The notes under the pieces were generated by a model. It did not search any database, had not been told where the DNA came from, and saw only the letters and a list, made by a program, of their open reading frames with translations. DNA of 64,000 nucleotides, taken from contig OX597814.1 of the NCBI GenBank assembly GCA_951406725.2, forward strand, positions 53,134,001-53,198,000, written 5' to 3'. A program made the position numbers and the translations under genes. This document shows, piece after piece, positions 50,381-64,000 of the stretch; the stretch's first letter is position 1, and each line of letters opens with the position of its first letter. Source of the DNA: Octopus vulgaris. Its lineage: Eukaryota.

Positions 50381-52212
50381 CGTGCGTGTGCTTGTGTTGG
50401 TTCCCTATCACCTCTTAACAACTGTTTATGTCCCTGTAACCTAGCCGTTCGGCAAAAAACATAAGTACTGGAGTCAATTTGTTTGATTTAAACCTTTTAA
50501 CGTGGTGTCTCACTATGGCCACAATCTATAATATATATATATAAATTGTGGTTTCGATTCCTGGACCAGGTGATGCGTTGTTTTCTTGAACGCTTCATTT
50601 CACGTTGCTCCAGCCCACTCAGCTGTAGAAACGAGTACCACTAGTGGAGGCGCATCGCTTAGGGGTTAGGTATTGAATTCATGACCGTATTATTGTAGTT
50701 TCCATCCGTGGACCGGGCGATCCCTTGTATTCTTGAGCAAACACACTTCATTTCACGTTGCCCCAGTTCACTCAGCCGTAGAAATGAGTTTAACCTGGCG
50801 AGGGATGGACTCCGCCAGACTTTCTTACCCAAGATACGCTGCATGGCTGCAGTGTCTCAACGTCCTCCAAAGGGTTAAGGGTCTTGTCAATACAACGGGC
50901 ATTTTTCAGTTTCTGTCTACCAAATTCACCAACAAGGCACTGATTAAGGTCCAAAACCGGCAATTTTTGTAGAAGGGAGTTAATCATTTCTATCGCCCCA
51001 CCAATCCTTAGTTGAAATTAAGTACTTATTCTAGTACTAGAATCCATTGTATCAACTCCTCTTCCTCCTCCTCCTACTCCAAAATTGCTGGCCTTGTGCC
51101 TAAATCAGAAACCATTGAAGGCGTTGAGTTGGCATAAACGTTCGAGTGTCGGAAGCAGTGTCTTGCGGTATTTGTTTCAGTTCTTTACGTTCAGAATTTA
51201 AATCAACTTTCACTGTCATCCTTTCGAGGTCGAAAGAACCAATCAAATTCTGGGCCGATGGTATCGACTAATCGCCTTTCCTCAATATTGCTAGCCTTGA
51301 ACCTAAATGAGGAAGAATTATTACTGTTTTTGGTTTCTGATTTGGGCACAAGGACAGCATATTTTTAGGGAAGGAATTTAATTGATTCCATCGTCCTCAG
51401 TGTTTTATAATATAAAATTTACCAGTTCTGTACCAGGGGTGATATATCGATTAACCCCTTTCCTTAAAACTATTGGCCTTTTACCTAAACCAGAAACTTA
51501 TACCGAAGGGAGAGAACTAGCGGAGTCATCAGAACTTTAGAAAAATATTTTGCTGCTTTTCTTCTGGCTCTCTACGTTTAAGTCCCACCGCAGTCACCTT
51601 TATCCTTTCATCCCAGTCGACACACATCTCGCCACCACACTTTCTGGGTTTCTTCCTAAACCAGGAACTATTATTATTCTACCAATTTTAAACCTAGTTC
51701 TTGTGAAACGAAGCAATCGTTTGGGGTTAAAATAACGACATAACAGCAGAAATATTTCATATATATATATATATATTTTTTATTAGCATCACAATTTTCT
51801 TTTCAATTTTTAAATAATATTTAACTTATAAACACAAAATGACATTTGTACAGAATATTCTTGAATAGAAAATATACAACATCAAATTATATAGATAAAG
51901 AAAAAAATGAACAAAATACATCAATTTATATAGAGTGGGTAAAACAGTCGAAGTTTATACTTCCAATCAATGTTAACAAACCAAACTTTTGTGAGGTTTA
52001 CCAAATTAATGTTTGAATATTATATGGCTTTCTCAAAACGTTACATGTTATTTCTATCTCTCTCGCTCTCATCACACGAAAAATATTTCTCCAGGCACTA
52101 AGAGAGGGCTGGTAAAGATTCTTTTCCTTTTTTTTATATTTGTTTATTTGTACATAAATTTCAGCTGTCCTTTTCTTTATGTTAGTTAACAATGGAAAAC
52201 AATGAATTCAAT

Positions 52213-53055
<843 letters not shown>

Positions 53056-53056
<1 letters not shown>

Positions 53057-53477
53057 CAATTTGTTCTAGATTAGCAAAGAACTCCGTGTATGCTGACGGC
53101 AGGGTCGGGGCTATTGTAACCCATGGTTGTGTTCCCATTTAGACTGTTTATTTTACTACACGGAGTGATATACAAGTCAAGGTATAAATTGTTACATATT
53201 CCTTTATTGAAGTAAATTCGACTTATAGTGTTTATTGATCATTTTTCTCAACCTGCTCATTGATCGTTTAAGAAAAACTGAACGACGTTAACGAACTGGT
53301 GTATCCTCATCAGAGAATAGTATCCAAAATACAATAACTGATGAGGATATAACATTATTCTTTAAAAACCAGGTGTAAGTCGAATTTATGCATATATATA
53401 GGAATTTGTAATGACTATATATTTATACCTTGTCTTATATATATAATATTCTATGTATATTCCATTTCCCGTCTTTC

Positions 53478-53539
<62 letters not shown>

Positions 53540-54802
53540 ATATATGGATATGTATATATTTACGTATGTATATCTATGTATATAGTGTGTGAATATGCGT
53601 GTATATAAATCTATGACACTCAATGACAAGCGGAAATATGTATAAATGAATTACAAAAGCGAAGTTAGCTATGTGTTCTATGCATACTTGTCGCAGTCGT
53701 AGTATATTCGGAATGTTACAAGTATATTATAATACCACTATTTATAATCTTTTGTATATAGAGCCACAATGTCAGCAATTTTGAGAGCAGAAATTGTATG
53801 GGATATATCGACCCTATGTACTTGACCTGTATGCATACGGTTGGTTCTTTATTTATCGACGCTGAGGGGCTGAAACGCAAAGCTGACTTTAGCGGCATTT
53901 GAAGTAAGAACGTAAGCTGTAACTAGATATTGGCTTCAAATTTTGGCACAAGGCCAGCAAGTTCAGGTAAGCGGGTAAGTCGATTATATCGCCCTCAGTG
54001 CTCAGCTGTTTATTATTTTATCGACTTCAAAAGCGATGAAAGGTGAAGTCGACTTCAACGGAATTTGAAATCAGAACGTAAAGACAGACGAAATGACACT
54101 AATCAATTTACCCAGCGTGCTAAAGTTTCTCATTTATAGTCATTACAAAAAAGAATGATACCGAAGGAATTCTGTAAAGACACCGATAGGTGACATATAA
54201 GTATAGATGTAGACACGTTCCCAAAAAGCAACGCAAACAGCAGGTCTATAATTTTTAGAACATTCTCTCTGTAAACATGTGTTAACACAATAAATTTGTG
54301 TGCGCATCTTCCAACTTGTATATTGCCAATAGTATTCTTTATGATAAGGATAATATCTAATATTGTTGTTATAATTTACAAGCATATGTAATGATAATAA
54401 TGGGTGGATGTAAACACATGAATAAAATTAGAACAAAAGCAACAACAACAAAAACAAAATACAAATTACAAGAATGTATATAACCAGAAGATACAAATAT
54501 TACAGGCATCCCCCCCACACACACACTAAATAAACATAGACGCACATAGAGATATAAGCATGCGCAAATGAAGACATACAATAGAAATACAAAATGGCTG
54601 ACGGTTAGTAAGGAGAGACACAAGTAAGTGATAAGAAAACAAAGGACCACTGATGCGGTCACAGGAGTGTGACGAAAGAACTTTGGCCGAAATAAGATTA
54701 AGATTAATGTAAAAAATAAATATCACTGAAGCAAAATAACACCAAATATATAGTGCGTGTGTTTTTATTGGCTAAACTGGCAATATGACCATTCCGAAAT
54801 AT

Positions 54803-54867
<65 letters not shown>

Positions 54868-55290
54868 CAATTTGTTCTAGATTAGCAAAGAACTCCGTGT
54901 ATGCTGACGGCAGGGTCCGGGGCTATTGTAACCCATGGTTGTGTTCCCATTTAGACTGTTTATTTTTCTACACGGAGTGATATACAAGTCAAGGTATAAA
55001 TTGTTACATATTCCTTTATTGAAGTAAATTCGACTTATAGCTGTTTATTGATCATTTTTCTCAACCTGCTCATTGATCGTTTAAGAAAAACTGAACGACG
55101 TTAACGAACTGGTGGTATCCTCATCAGAGAATAGTATCCAAAATACAATAACTGATGAGGATATAACATTAGTTCTTTAAAAACCAGGTGTAAGTCGAAT
55201 TTACTACAATAAAGGAATTTGTAATGACTATTATTTATACCTTGTCTTATATATATAAATTCTTGTATATTCCATTTCCCGTCTTTCATT

Positions 55291-55335
<45 letters not shown>

Positions 55336-56135
55336 ATATATGGATATGTATATATTTACGTATGTATATCTATGTATATAGTGTGTGAATATGCGTGTAT
55401 ATAAAACTCTATGACACTCAATGACAAGCGAAAATATGCTGATAAATGAATTACAAAAGCGAAGTAAGCTATGTGTTCTATGCATACTTGTCGCAGTCGT
55501 AGTAATTCGGAATGTTACAAGTATATTAGGAATACCACTATTTATAATCTTTTGTAATAGAGCCACAATGTCAGCAATTTTGAGAGCAGAAATTGGTGGG
55601 ATACCATCGACCCTAGTACTTGACCTAGTACATACGGTTGGTTCTTTATTTATCGACGCTGAGGGGCTGAAACGCAAAGCTGACTTTAGCGGCATTTGAA
55701 GTAAGAACGTAAGCTGTAACTAGATATTGGCTTCAAATTTTGGCACAAGGCCAGCAAGTTCGGGTAAGCGGGAAAGTCGATTATATCGCCCTCAGTGCTC
55801 AGCTGTTTATTATTTTATCGACTTCAAAAGCGATGAAAGGTGAAGTCGACTTCAATGGAATTTGAAATCAGAACGTAAAGACAGACGAAATTACACTAAT
55901 CAATTTACCCAGCGTGCTAACGTTTCTCATTTATAGTCATTACAAAAAAGAATGATACCGAAGGAATTCTGTAAAGACACCGATAGGTGACATATAAGTA
56001 TAGATGTAGACACGTTCCCAAAAAGCAACGCAAACAGCAGGTCTATAATTTTTAGAACATTCTCTCTGTAAACATGTGTTAACACAATAAATTTGTGTGC
56101 GCATCTTCCAACTTGTAAGTATTCTTTATGATAAG
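53056..56135. repeat. ~1.3-kb direct duplication (53056-~54345 and 54867-~56135) including SINE A copies
   Basis: Both copies start TCAATTTGTTCTAGATTAGCAAAG after (TA)n and differ mainly by small indels. Confidence 0.9.
54645..54688 (+). ncRNA. Hammerhead-like fold (A9>C)
   Basis: GACCA-CUGAUGC-gGTCACA(ggag)TGTGAC-GAAA-GAAC-UU-TGGCC, with a perfect 6-bp stem II. Confidence 0.55.
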
Positions 56136-56493
56136 GAAACTCTAAATGTAAATTTCGAATTATAGGTATATAGTTCATAACTGATATAAAATGGAATCTT
56201 TCTTACTTTCTTGTAATTTAGTCCAGCGTTTAAGGATTTTAATTCCACATTTTATATGATTGTCTATTTTAGATATTATTTGTTTCATTGTTTTTATTCA
56301 TTTGATATCATAATGGATTGGGAATAGGGATTCACCGAGTCAAACAGAACTCAGCTGTTAACTAATGGAGTAAACATACGTTCTCTCACTTCACGTCTCT
56401 TATCTGGTCATCCATCCATCCGTCCGTCCATCCGTCCATCCGTCCATCCGTCCATCCATCCGTCCGTCCGTCCATCCATATATACGTACGTAC

Positions 56494-56524
<31 letters not shown>

Positions 56525-56552
56525 TGGATGGATGGATGTATGTATGTATGTA

Positions 56553-56607
<55 letters not shown>

Positions 56608-56631
56608 TTCTGTGTGGGTGAGTGGATTTGT

Positions 56632-56800
56632 GGAGGCACGTAGCTTGGTGGTTTGGATGTTGAACTTATGATCGTAAGTTTTGATTCCTGAACCGGACAA
56701 CACGCTGTGTTCTTGAGCAAAACACTTTCATGTTGCTCCTGACTCTCTGAGCTGGTAAAAATGAGTAGTTCTGCGACAGATCGGCATCCTGTCCAAGGGG
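56632..56800 (+). mobile_element. SINE family C (tRNA head, GTGTTCTTGAGCAAAACACTT box); other copies at ~59340-59581 (-) and ~50545-50800
   Basis: The shared sequence recurs at these loci. Confidence 0.7.
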
Positions 56801-56848
56801 GAATATATACGTCTATATGACTCGCGAAGGATCCTTATCCTTTGTTCT

Positions 56849-56910
<62 letters not shown>

Positions 56911-57794
56911 CTCTCTCCCTCGCTATATATATATATATATCCTTCTCTCTCTCTTTCTCTCTCTCCCCCTCTCGTATATACACATTGCGCATGTGTGTAT
57001 ATGTTGCGCGCGCGTGTTTACATAAATATGTATTTATGTACATATATGTTTATATGTGTATACATGTATATGAATATTTATGTATGCATGTATAGATGCA
57101 TACACACAAACATGTATGTATGTTATATATATATGCATGTATGTATTGTGTGTTCTTGATTGAATAGGAGGTTTGTTATAAAAAGTAGATCGGAGTAGAA
57201 ATGTGGTAAGCTATAATAGAGAATGGTGAAGTGAAGCTGATGCAGAAAAAAGGAATGTTTATAGAGAAGGAATTAAATAGGAAATAGAAAAGGTTGGAAG
57301 TTCCTCCGAGGAAAGAAGAATTGGCATTTATTCTACTTCTTTGTTTTCAGACCCAATTATATTAGCCACTATTCTTTGGTATATATGGAAACTTAATATA
57401 ATGTTTATCACCTACTTTTCTGACGTTAAACAGTTATTAGAAATGTCTATATGTATGCATACTCTCTTTTCCTAAATTAGCCTTATTTCTGCAACCACAA
57501 CATTGTGGACAGTTCCATATTCTTTATGGTAGAAAGCAAGCCGTTGACGACTCCATTGTCATGTTGCAAATATAGTTATCCCATTCCAAATTACTTTGAA
57601 GAAAAAAAAAAAACTTAAATTTTTCAGGTTCTGCCGATTCTTATTGTCGCACGTTGTTTCTGGAGGTAATTTTTGGAAGATAGGTGTAGAAAATCATGTG
57701 AAAAATGATTTAGTCACAAGCATGATATGAAACGATCCTTTGACTGACAATTCAGTATCTCTAGCAACTCTACCAAACCATGTCTATACTGTTG

Positions 57795-58006
57795 ATTTCA
57801 AATTTTGGCACATGGCCACCAAGTTCTGGGGAGGGAGACAGTCGATTACTCCGACCCCAGTACTTAACAGGTATTTATTTTATCGAACGCGAAAGGATGT
57901 AAGATAAAGTCGACCTTGGCGTATTTTGAACTCAGAACGTAAAGATAGACGAAATGCTGCTAAGCATTTTGCCTGGCGCACTAACAATTCTGCCAACTCG
58001 CCGCCT
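57795..58006 (-). mobile_element. SINE family A copy
   Basis: Reverse complement of the family A sequence. Confidence 0.85.
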
Positions 58007-58815
58007 TAAGCATGTCTATAATGTTAAGCTATGACATTAAGTATAAATATAAACATTCATTACTGTCACTTCTTCATAGCTCTGTACACGTATTGATATC
58101 TTCATTTTGGAAAGCAGAGAAGCACCAGCAATCCGATCTCAGCATATTAATATTTTTATTTTTTTGATATTTTAAAAACATTTGAATTTCTTTCTCTTAG
58201 AAAATAGTGAGAAGAGAAATAGGGAAACAAAAACAATGACAACGAATAGCACAAAACTCTACTAAAATTGTTCAGAGTTTACATCTGATAGGCAGCAATT
58301 AACTGCCGGACGAGAAAAAGCATTCCATTATATCATAAAATTAAACAGGAAATCAAGTTTCATTACAAAACCCAATATATATATATAAAGAAGAAAACTG
58401 GAAATTGAAATTTTTGGCAGCGATTGCTGATGGAGAGAGCCCTTGATTTTAATTAATTATTAAAATAAGAACGAGCAAATTTTCTATACAATGATATTGC
58501 ATTATTACAAGATTCCCAGCTCCTGGTGCGAGGATTTGGTTTCTAAAATATATTTAAGTATACGACTCCGCAAGCATGAATTCCATTATTTCCATAAAGA
58601 CCGAGTTTCATGGATCGAAGGTACAATATGAAAGTATTCTTTCTAAAACTTTTCGACCGTCTTAAAAGATTTAGTTTCGTGAATATCCATCCGTCTCGAG
58701 GATAATAATGTCGAGAATGAACAAAAAATCGATTTTTTAAAATGCTGATGTGAGTGATATAAAATGTATGTTTAATGAAGTTATTTGCAATTCTATGCAA
58801 TTCGATATGTTAATA

Positions 58816-59203
58816 TTGGTTTCAAATTTGGCACAAGGTCAGCAGAATCGGGAGAGGAGTGGGTCGATAACATCGACCCCCACCCCAGTGATTAACTGGT
58901 GCCTATTTTATCGACACTGAAAGGATGGAAGGCAAAGTCGGTCTCGGCGGAATTTGAACTCAGAAAGTAAAGACGGACGAAATTCTGCTAAACATTTACC
59001 GGTGTACTAACGAGCCTGCCAGCTCGCCGCCTTTATCTCTATGTTAATATAGTACCTACTTTTTCAAATTTCACCGAAGTCAACTTTGCCTTTCATCCTT
59101 TCGGGGTCGATAAAATAAGTACCAGTTGAGCACTGGGGTTCGATGTAATCGACTTAGCCCCTCCCCCAAAATTGCTGGCCTTGTGCCAAAATTTGAAACC
59201 AAT
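58816..59203. mobile_element. Head-to-head SINE family A pair (58816-59032 minus, 59065-59203 plus)
   Basis: The two tails face outward as an inverted repeat. Confidence 0.85.
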
Positions 59204-61603
59204 ATAAAACCTGCTCTGTGTTATTTATTGATTTCACCTCATAGCAGAGTAGTTTAAAGTAGATAGAAAGCCAAGAGAAGTGGATCCAAGTATTTAGTCC
59301 TAATGATCTAGTGGTGTTTTGAACAAAAAAAAAAGTTACCTTCTCGTGTCATGCCGACTCTTAAGGGCCGGTTTCCCGGTTTCCATGGCGTATAAATTTT
59401 CCACCTAGAAAGGGACGCCGGTCCGTCGCCGGATTACTCATTTTTGCTAGCTGGGTTGTACTGGAGAAACGTGAAATGAAGTATTTTGCTCAAGAACACA
59501 ACGTGTCGCCTGGTCCGGCAATCAAAACCACAATCTTACAATCAGAAGTCCAACTCCCTAACCACTAGGCCATGTGCCTCCACTTTCGAACCAAAGTTCG
59601 GCTCAGAACAGGCTTTTTGTCTCCGGTGATGTGATCACAAATGATACTTTAGAAGTGTCGGAAACGATTGGGTATCGGAGTAAACATCCTTCAGTATTTA
59701 ATTCTCATCCTCTACTTTCTCCGTTGAAATCTTGTTGAAATTTCAGAAACAAATGCTGTAAATGATTTAAACTACTTGGTTTGAAGCAATTGGTTAATAG
59801 ACTCAGTTTACAACCATGTAGTTTCGTTTTCAGTATCTCTGCGCGGCACCTTGAGCAATCGTTTTCTACTATAGCCCCGGGCAGACCAACGCCTTGTCAG
59901 TTGAAATTCGTAGAAGGAACTCTGTGTGTGTGTGTGTGTGTGCATCTGTGTTTGTACCCCTCCCACCCATTACATCATCGAAATATCAAAGCTATGAGAT
60001 AATGCCCGATTATTTCAAAACAATGTGAATAAATAAGCTGGGTAATCTGAATACTAAAGGTTAAGAAATCAGCGATCTTATTTTGCTCACCAGATAAATG
60101 TTAACATCTAAAAAATCACTGCAGCTTTTCAAAATTCGGAAGGATGATATTCTCTAACTAGTTGGTTGAGACAGGTGACAAGATCTTCATAATCTATGAT
60201 TAATAATATCTTTATTATTACTCCACAGCTCTCCCAAACAATATTTAAAGATAGCATAAAGAGAAACTAACATGATATTGCTTGGAAGAAATCTCGATCA
60301 TCTTCGATGACACGACACTGTTTTAACTATAATTGTAACGATTTATCAAAGCGTAAAATTAGATGTTTTTAGCTTAGACAATTTTATCAACTCTTATAGT
60401 TGTTAATTTTCTCGAACTGTGAAAGATGAAAGGCAAGGTCAGTTCTGGAATGATTTAAACACCGACTGTAAACAATCGCCATTTCATTAAGTTAACCGTA
60501 ATAATTATATCGTTTTCGAGTTTCGGCGGCGAGCTGGCAGAATCGTTTCAGAACAGGAAAAATGCCTTAAAGCATTTCTTCCGAATATACGTTCCGAGTT
60601 CGAATACTCAAAGGTCGACTTTGCCTTTTATCTTCTGGAATCGACAAATGAAGTACCTGTTGAACACTGGGGTCAATGTAATCGACTTAACCCCTCCCTC
60701 GAAGTTGCTGGCCAAGTATCAAAAATTAAAACCAATATTTTTCAGTGAGTTACATATTGAGGACGGGATTAGTTAATCATAATATTTAAATAGTACATGG
60801 TTCATCGATCTTGGATGGACGAAATATCAGGACGACCAAGGTGAGTAGTGAAGTCAGGATATAAAGGGACGAAATTAAATACTGTAGTGTATTAGTCTCT
60901 ATACTGATTATGATGTCAAGCACCGTCTTCTAAGATTATGAATTTAATCAAGAGGCGCATGGTTATACATTTTGGACGAGGAGGATTATCGGTTATCTCG
61001 ACTTCAGTTCTTGTTTTGGTATTTTATTTTATCAAGCCTCAGAAGAATTAAAAGTAAAACTGACTCGGGCGGAATTTGAACTCAACATAAAAGGACATAA
61101 CAAAACTACTGAAAAGCATTTTTACAGTAGCTCCGTAATTTTTTGCTACTCCATCTCTCTGAAAATAATTTCTAACTCAAGCACAAGGTCAGACATGTAG
61201 TTAGGGAAAATTATGCTGTTGCAGTGCTTGATTGGACTTAATTTTCTTGAACATGGAAGGATGCAAGACAAAATTCACTTCGGCTGGATTTAAATTTAAA
61301 GCGAAAAGACTTAGAATGAACGAAGCAGAGGAGTTTAACCGATACCCTAATGATTATGTTTATCCACTGTTTCCACCGACCTCATCGCCTTTAAAATAAT
61401 AATAATAATTCGAATACCAGTATTGCTTTTATAAATGATATTATTCCAAAGTTAATTAGAGATAGAAAGCCTTATTTCCTAAGAATTTCTTTAAAAGCAA
61501 TTATACAAAAATTACGTTATCCGTCTCCTTCTCATGCCATCCCACGTAATTCCTATTCTTAGCTAATTCATATCGGCGTGGATAATCTTGCCAATTCTAA
61601 TAC

Positions 61604-61797
61604 TGGCTTCAAATTTTGGCGCAAGGCCTGAAATTTTAGGGTGGGGGTAGTTTATTGCTGAATTGATACTTATTTTATCAACCCAGAAAGGATGAAAAAT
61701 AAAGTCGATCTCGGTGGAGTTTGAACTCAGAGTTTGAACGTAACGACGGAGGAAATGCTGCTAAGCATTTTGCCTGGCGTGTTAAAACTTCGCCGCT
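61604..61797 (-). mobile_element. SINE family A copy
   Basis: Reverse complement of the family A sequence. Confidence 0.8.
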
Positions 61798-62508
61798 TTA
61801 ACTTTCCAATACTAATACTGAACCAACGGTTGAGTCTCTATATGCTCGCTTAATCTGCTAATGACTGTAGACGAACGCCTGTAAAGACACACGGGTTAAT
61901 TTACTTCTTGATTTTGTTTTACTCTATCTGAAAGTGCAAGTCAAAGTAATCACGGTTGGAATATATTTTATATCAGGTCTTCAGTATTTTAGAATTTATA
62001 AGTAACACATAATCTAAATGTTATAACATTTAAATTGACAGCTATTGCTTTGCACAACGCTCCTATATATCATAACCCACGCATTGGATATCTGAAGATA
62101 TATGCAAACTTAGCTTTTGAAATGCAATGTTTACAGTCTGGAATATCATTAAAAGGCAGACTTATTTATTTTCCCATTAGAAAAGCTATTTATATTTCAG
62201 AGATTACTACTGAGGCATTAAGAAGCGGGTAATAAGTAGGGTGAAGTGTCCCTGCCATGTAATAAGTGGGAGCCAATAATTCCAGGGTGGCTGCGTTTAG
62301 ATAAAATTTTCCAAACTTTAGCTGACGTGGTACGTACTCTAAGAGATGGACAACTTCCGTAATATCAGTTCTGAAGTAGAATATTGGGCCACGGGACGGT
62401 AGGATCCTATTCGCAGGTGAGAGTGTCAGCCCAGAGAGAGTGTGCGAAATATTAATATAAATACACACACACATGCATAAATACATGTATATATATATAT
62501 GTGTGTAC

Positions 62509-62629
<121 letters not shown>

Positions 62630-63406
62630 GCTAGCTAGCTAGCTAGCTAGCTAGCTATCTGCTTGTCTGTCAGTCTGTCTGGCGAGCTGGGTGGATGGCT
62701 AAATCTATCTGTTAAGTTTCAACAAGCCCTTAACCTCAGTACTTTCAGTCATACATACATACATACATACATACATACATACATACAAACATAAGCATAC
62801 ACACACATACACACACATATACACAAAACTGCGACTAACATTGTGAGCGACTATCAATGATAGATCAAGACAACTCAGAAAAACCATAAAATCACGTCGA
62901 CAGGTAATTCGTGGACAAATATTTAGTCTATCGCAAAAAGCCGAAGACTTCTCCATCCCTGAGTATGAACCTGTTACTTAGACTATGGTACCTGCCTTAC
63001 AGAGTAGACATCAGTCATTGTAATACGGCGATGATTCCCTAAGTCCACTTCCATCTATGTGCTCTTTTAAACCCATGTGAGTAGCAGCGCCTTTATATAA
63101 CGCTTTACGTAAACCCATGAAAATTACGGTAACCCCAGTAAAATACTTTTGCCCTTCTCAACAGTGCTGTTTGCTGTATACCCCGGCTAACCATTAAATA
63201 GTTTTGTATAGTCCCCACATCACTTTATGGGTTTTTAAATTTTGCTCTATTTCATATTAATTGATTTTTGTTTTGTTTTGTTGTACTCCATTTTTACCCA
63301 GTTAAACCTCGTATCAGAGACCCTTTCCTATCGTACGGGTGCAGCAGCAAGGGTACAAATGAGGTTACTAATCAAATGCATATGTAAATGCTCGACCGAC
63401 AGACAA

Positions 63407-63841
63407 ACTAAGTGAGATAACGCAGGAAAAAAAATATATATATTTATAAGTATACGAGCAAAACGCCCCCCGTCCAATGGACGGTGCTGAGTTGTCAAAT
63501 ATTTAAACCGAATTTTCTCAAAACAACTTGTCCGACCGTCCCATTTTGTGACATTATTTCAAGCCAGCCGGCTTTTTATGCCCAAACTGCACGTGCAGTA
63601 TTCTCGCGTACGCGTAGTATCGATCGCAACAGCTGATGTACTTGCGCGTACAAATGCACGTTCCCACGGCTTTATTGGTCGCATTCTCACCTGGAATCAA
63701 TTTTTGTAATTTTTTCAAGACTTATACGTGCCCTGATACCGTCGGTATCTACATATCAAATTTGAGCGCAATCGGATGGAGGATGCCCGAGATCCTAGAA
63801 GACACACACACACAGAGACAGAACGGATTTTATATAATAGA
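63407..63841 (-). mobile_element. Probable non-autonomous Helitron
   Basis: The minus strand begins A|TCTATTATATAAAATCCG, and the hairpin CCGTCCAATGGACGG lies toward the other end. The 3' terminus is imperfect. Confidence 0.6.
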
Positions 63842-64000
63842 TGTGCATGCATATATACGTTTATAGATACATTGTAGAAATGTATCTGCTGACTGGGAAC
63901 TGCTCACAATTGTAAGTATATGTGATTGTGTGTCGAAGTCGAGTATACATGAGTGAGATAAGCAAAAGTATGTAGAAATATGTGTTAAGTCAGTGGTTCA

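Noticed and set aside
57330-57500. Faint Penelope RT-endonuclease linker similarity on the minus strand (NLGK...LFN...ANIIGSENKK)
   Set aside because: Too degraded to call without a profile search.
62800-63100. Possible hAT transposase remnant on the minus strand (NRFILRDGEVFGFL)
   Set aside because: Only a weak motif resemblance, many stops, and no TIRs found.

Overview
AT-rich, microsatellite-dense, repeat-saturated eukaryotic DNA. The tRNA-derived SINE families resemble those of octopus (organism inferred, not proven). I can support no intact host gene, and nearly all short ORFs in the track are microsatellite or SINE artefacts. Recognisable mobile DNA: three SINE families (dozens of copies), a decayed Ty3/gypsy LTR element with a 5-bp TSD (38150-41012), a mariner element with TIRs (49089-50150), several MITEs, non-autonomous Helitrons, and RLE-type LINE fragments. 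The main signal is a set of about a dozen sequence-unrelated elements, most inserted in (TA)n tracts, that carry hammerhead-ribozyme (HHR) folds. These include a 480-bp tandem retrozyme-like array (11018-13044), Penelope-like inverted pseudo-LTR hairpin elements with compensatory G3:C8 and U3:A8 core variants, and an RT-less element in which HHR repeats flank a zinc-knuckle ORF1/gag-like gene (42728-45236). Two unrelated repeats (10123-10195 and 32697-32773) share the same non-circularly permuted, pseudoknotted hammerhead-like architecture, with fully covarying helices. All RNA folds were derived by eye and no activity has been tested.
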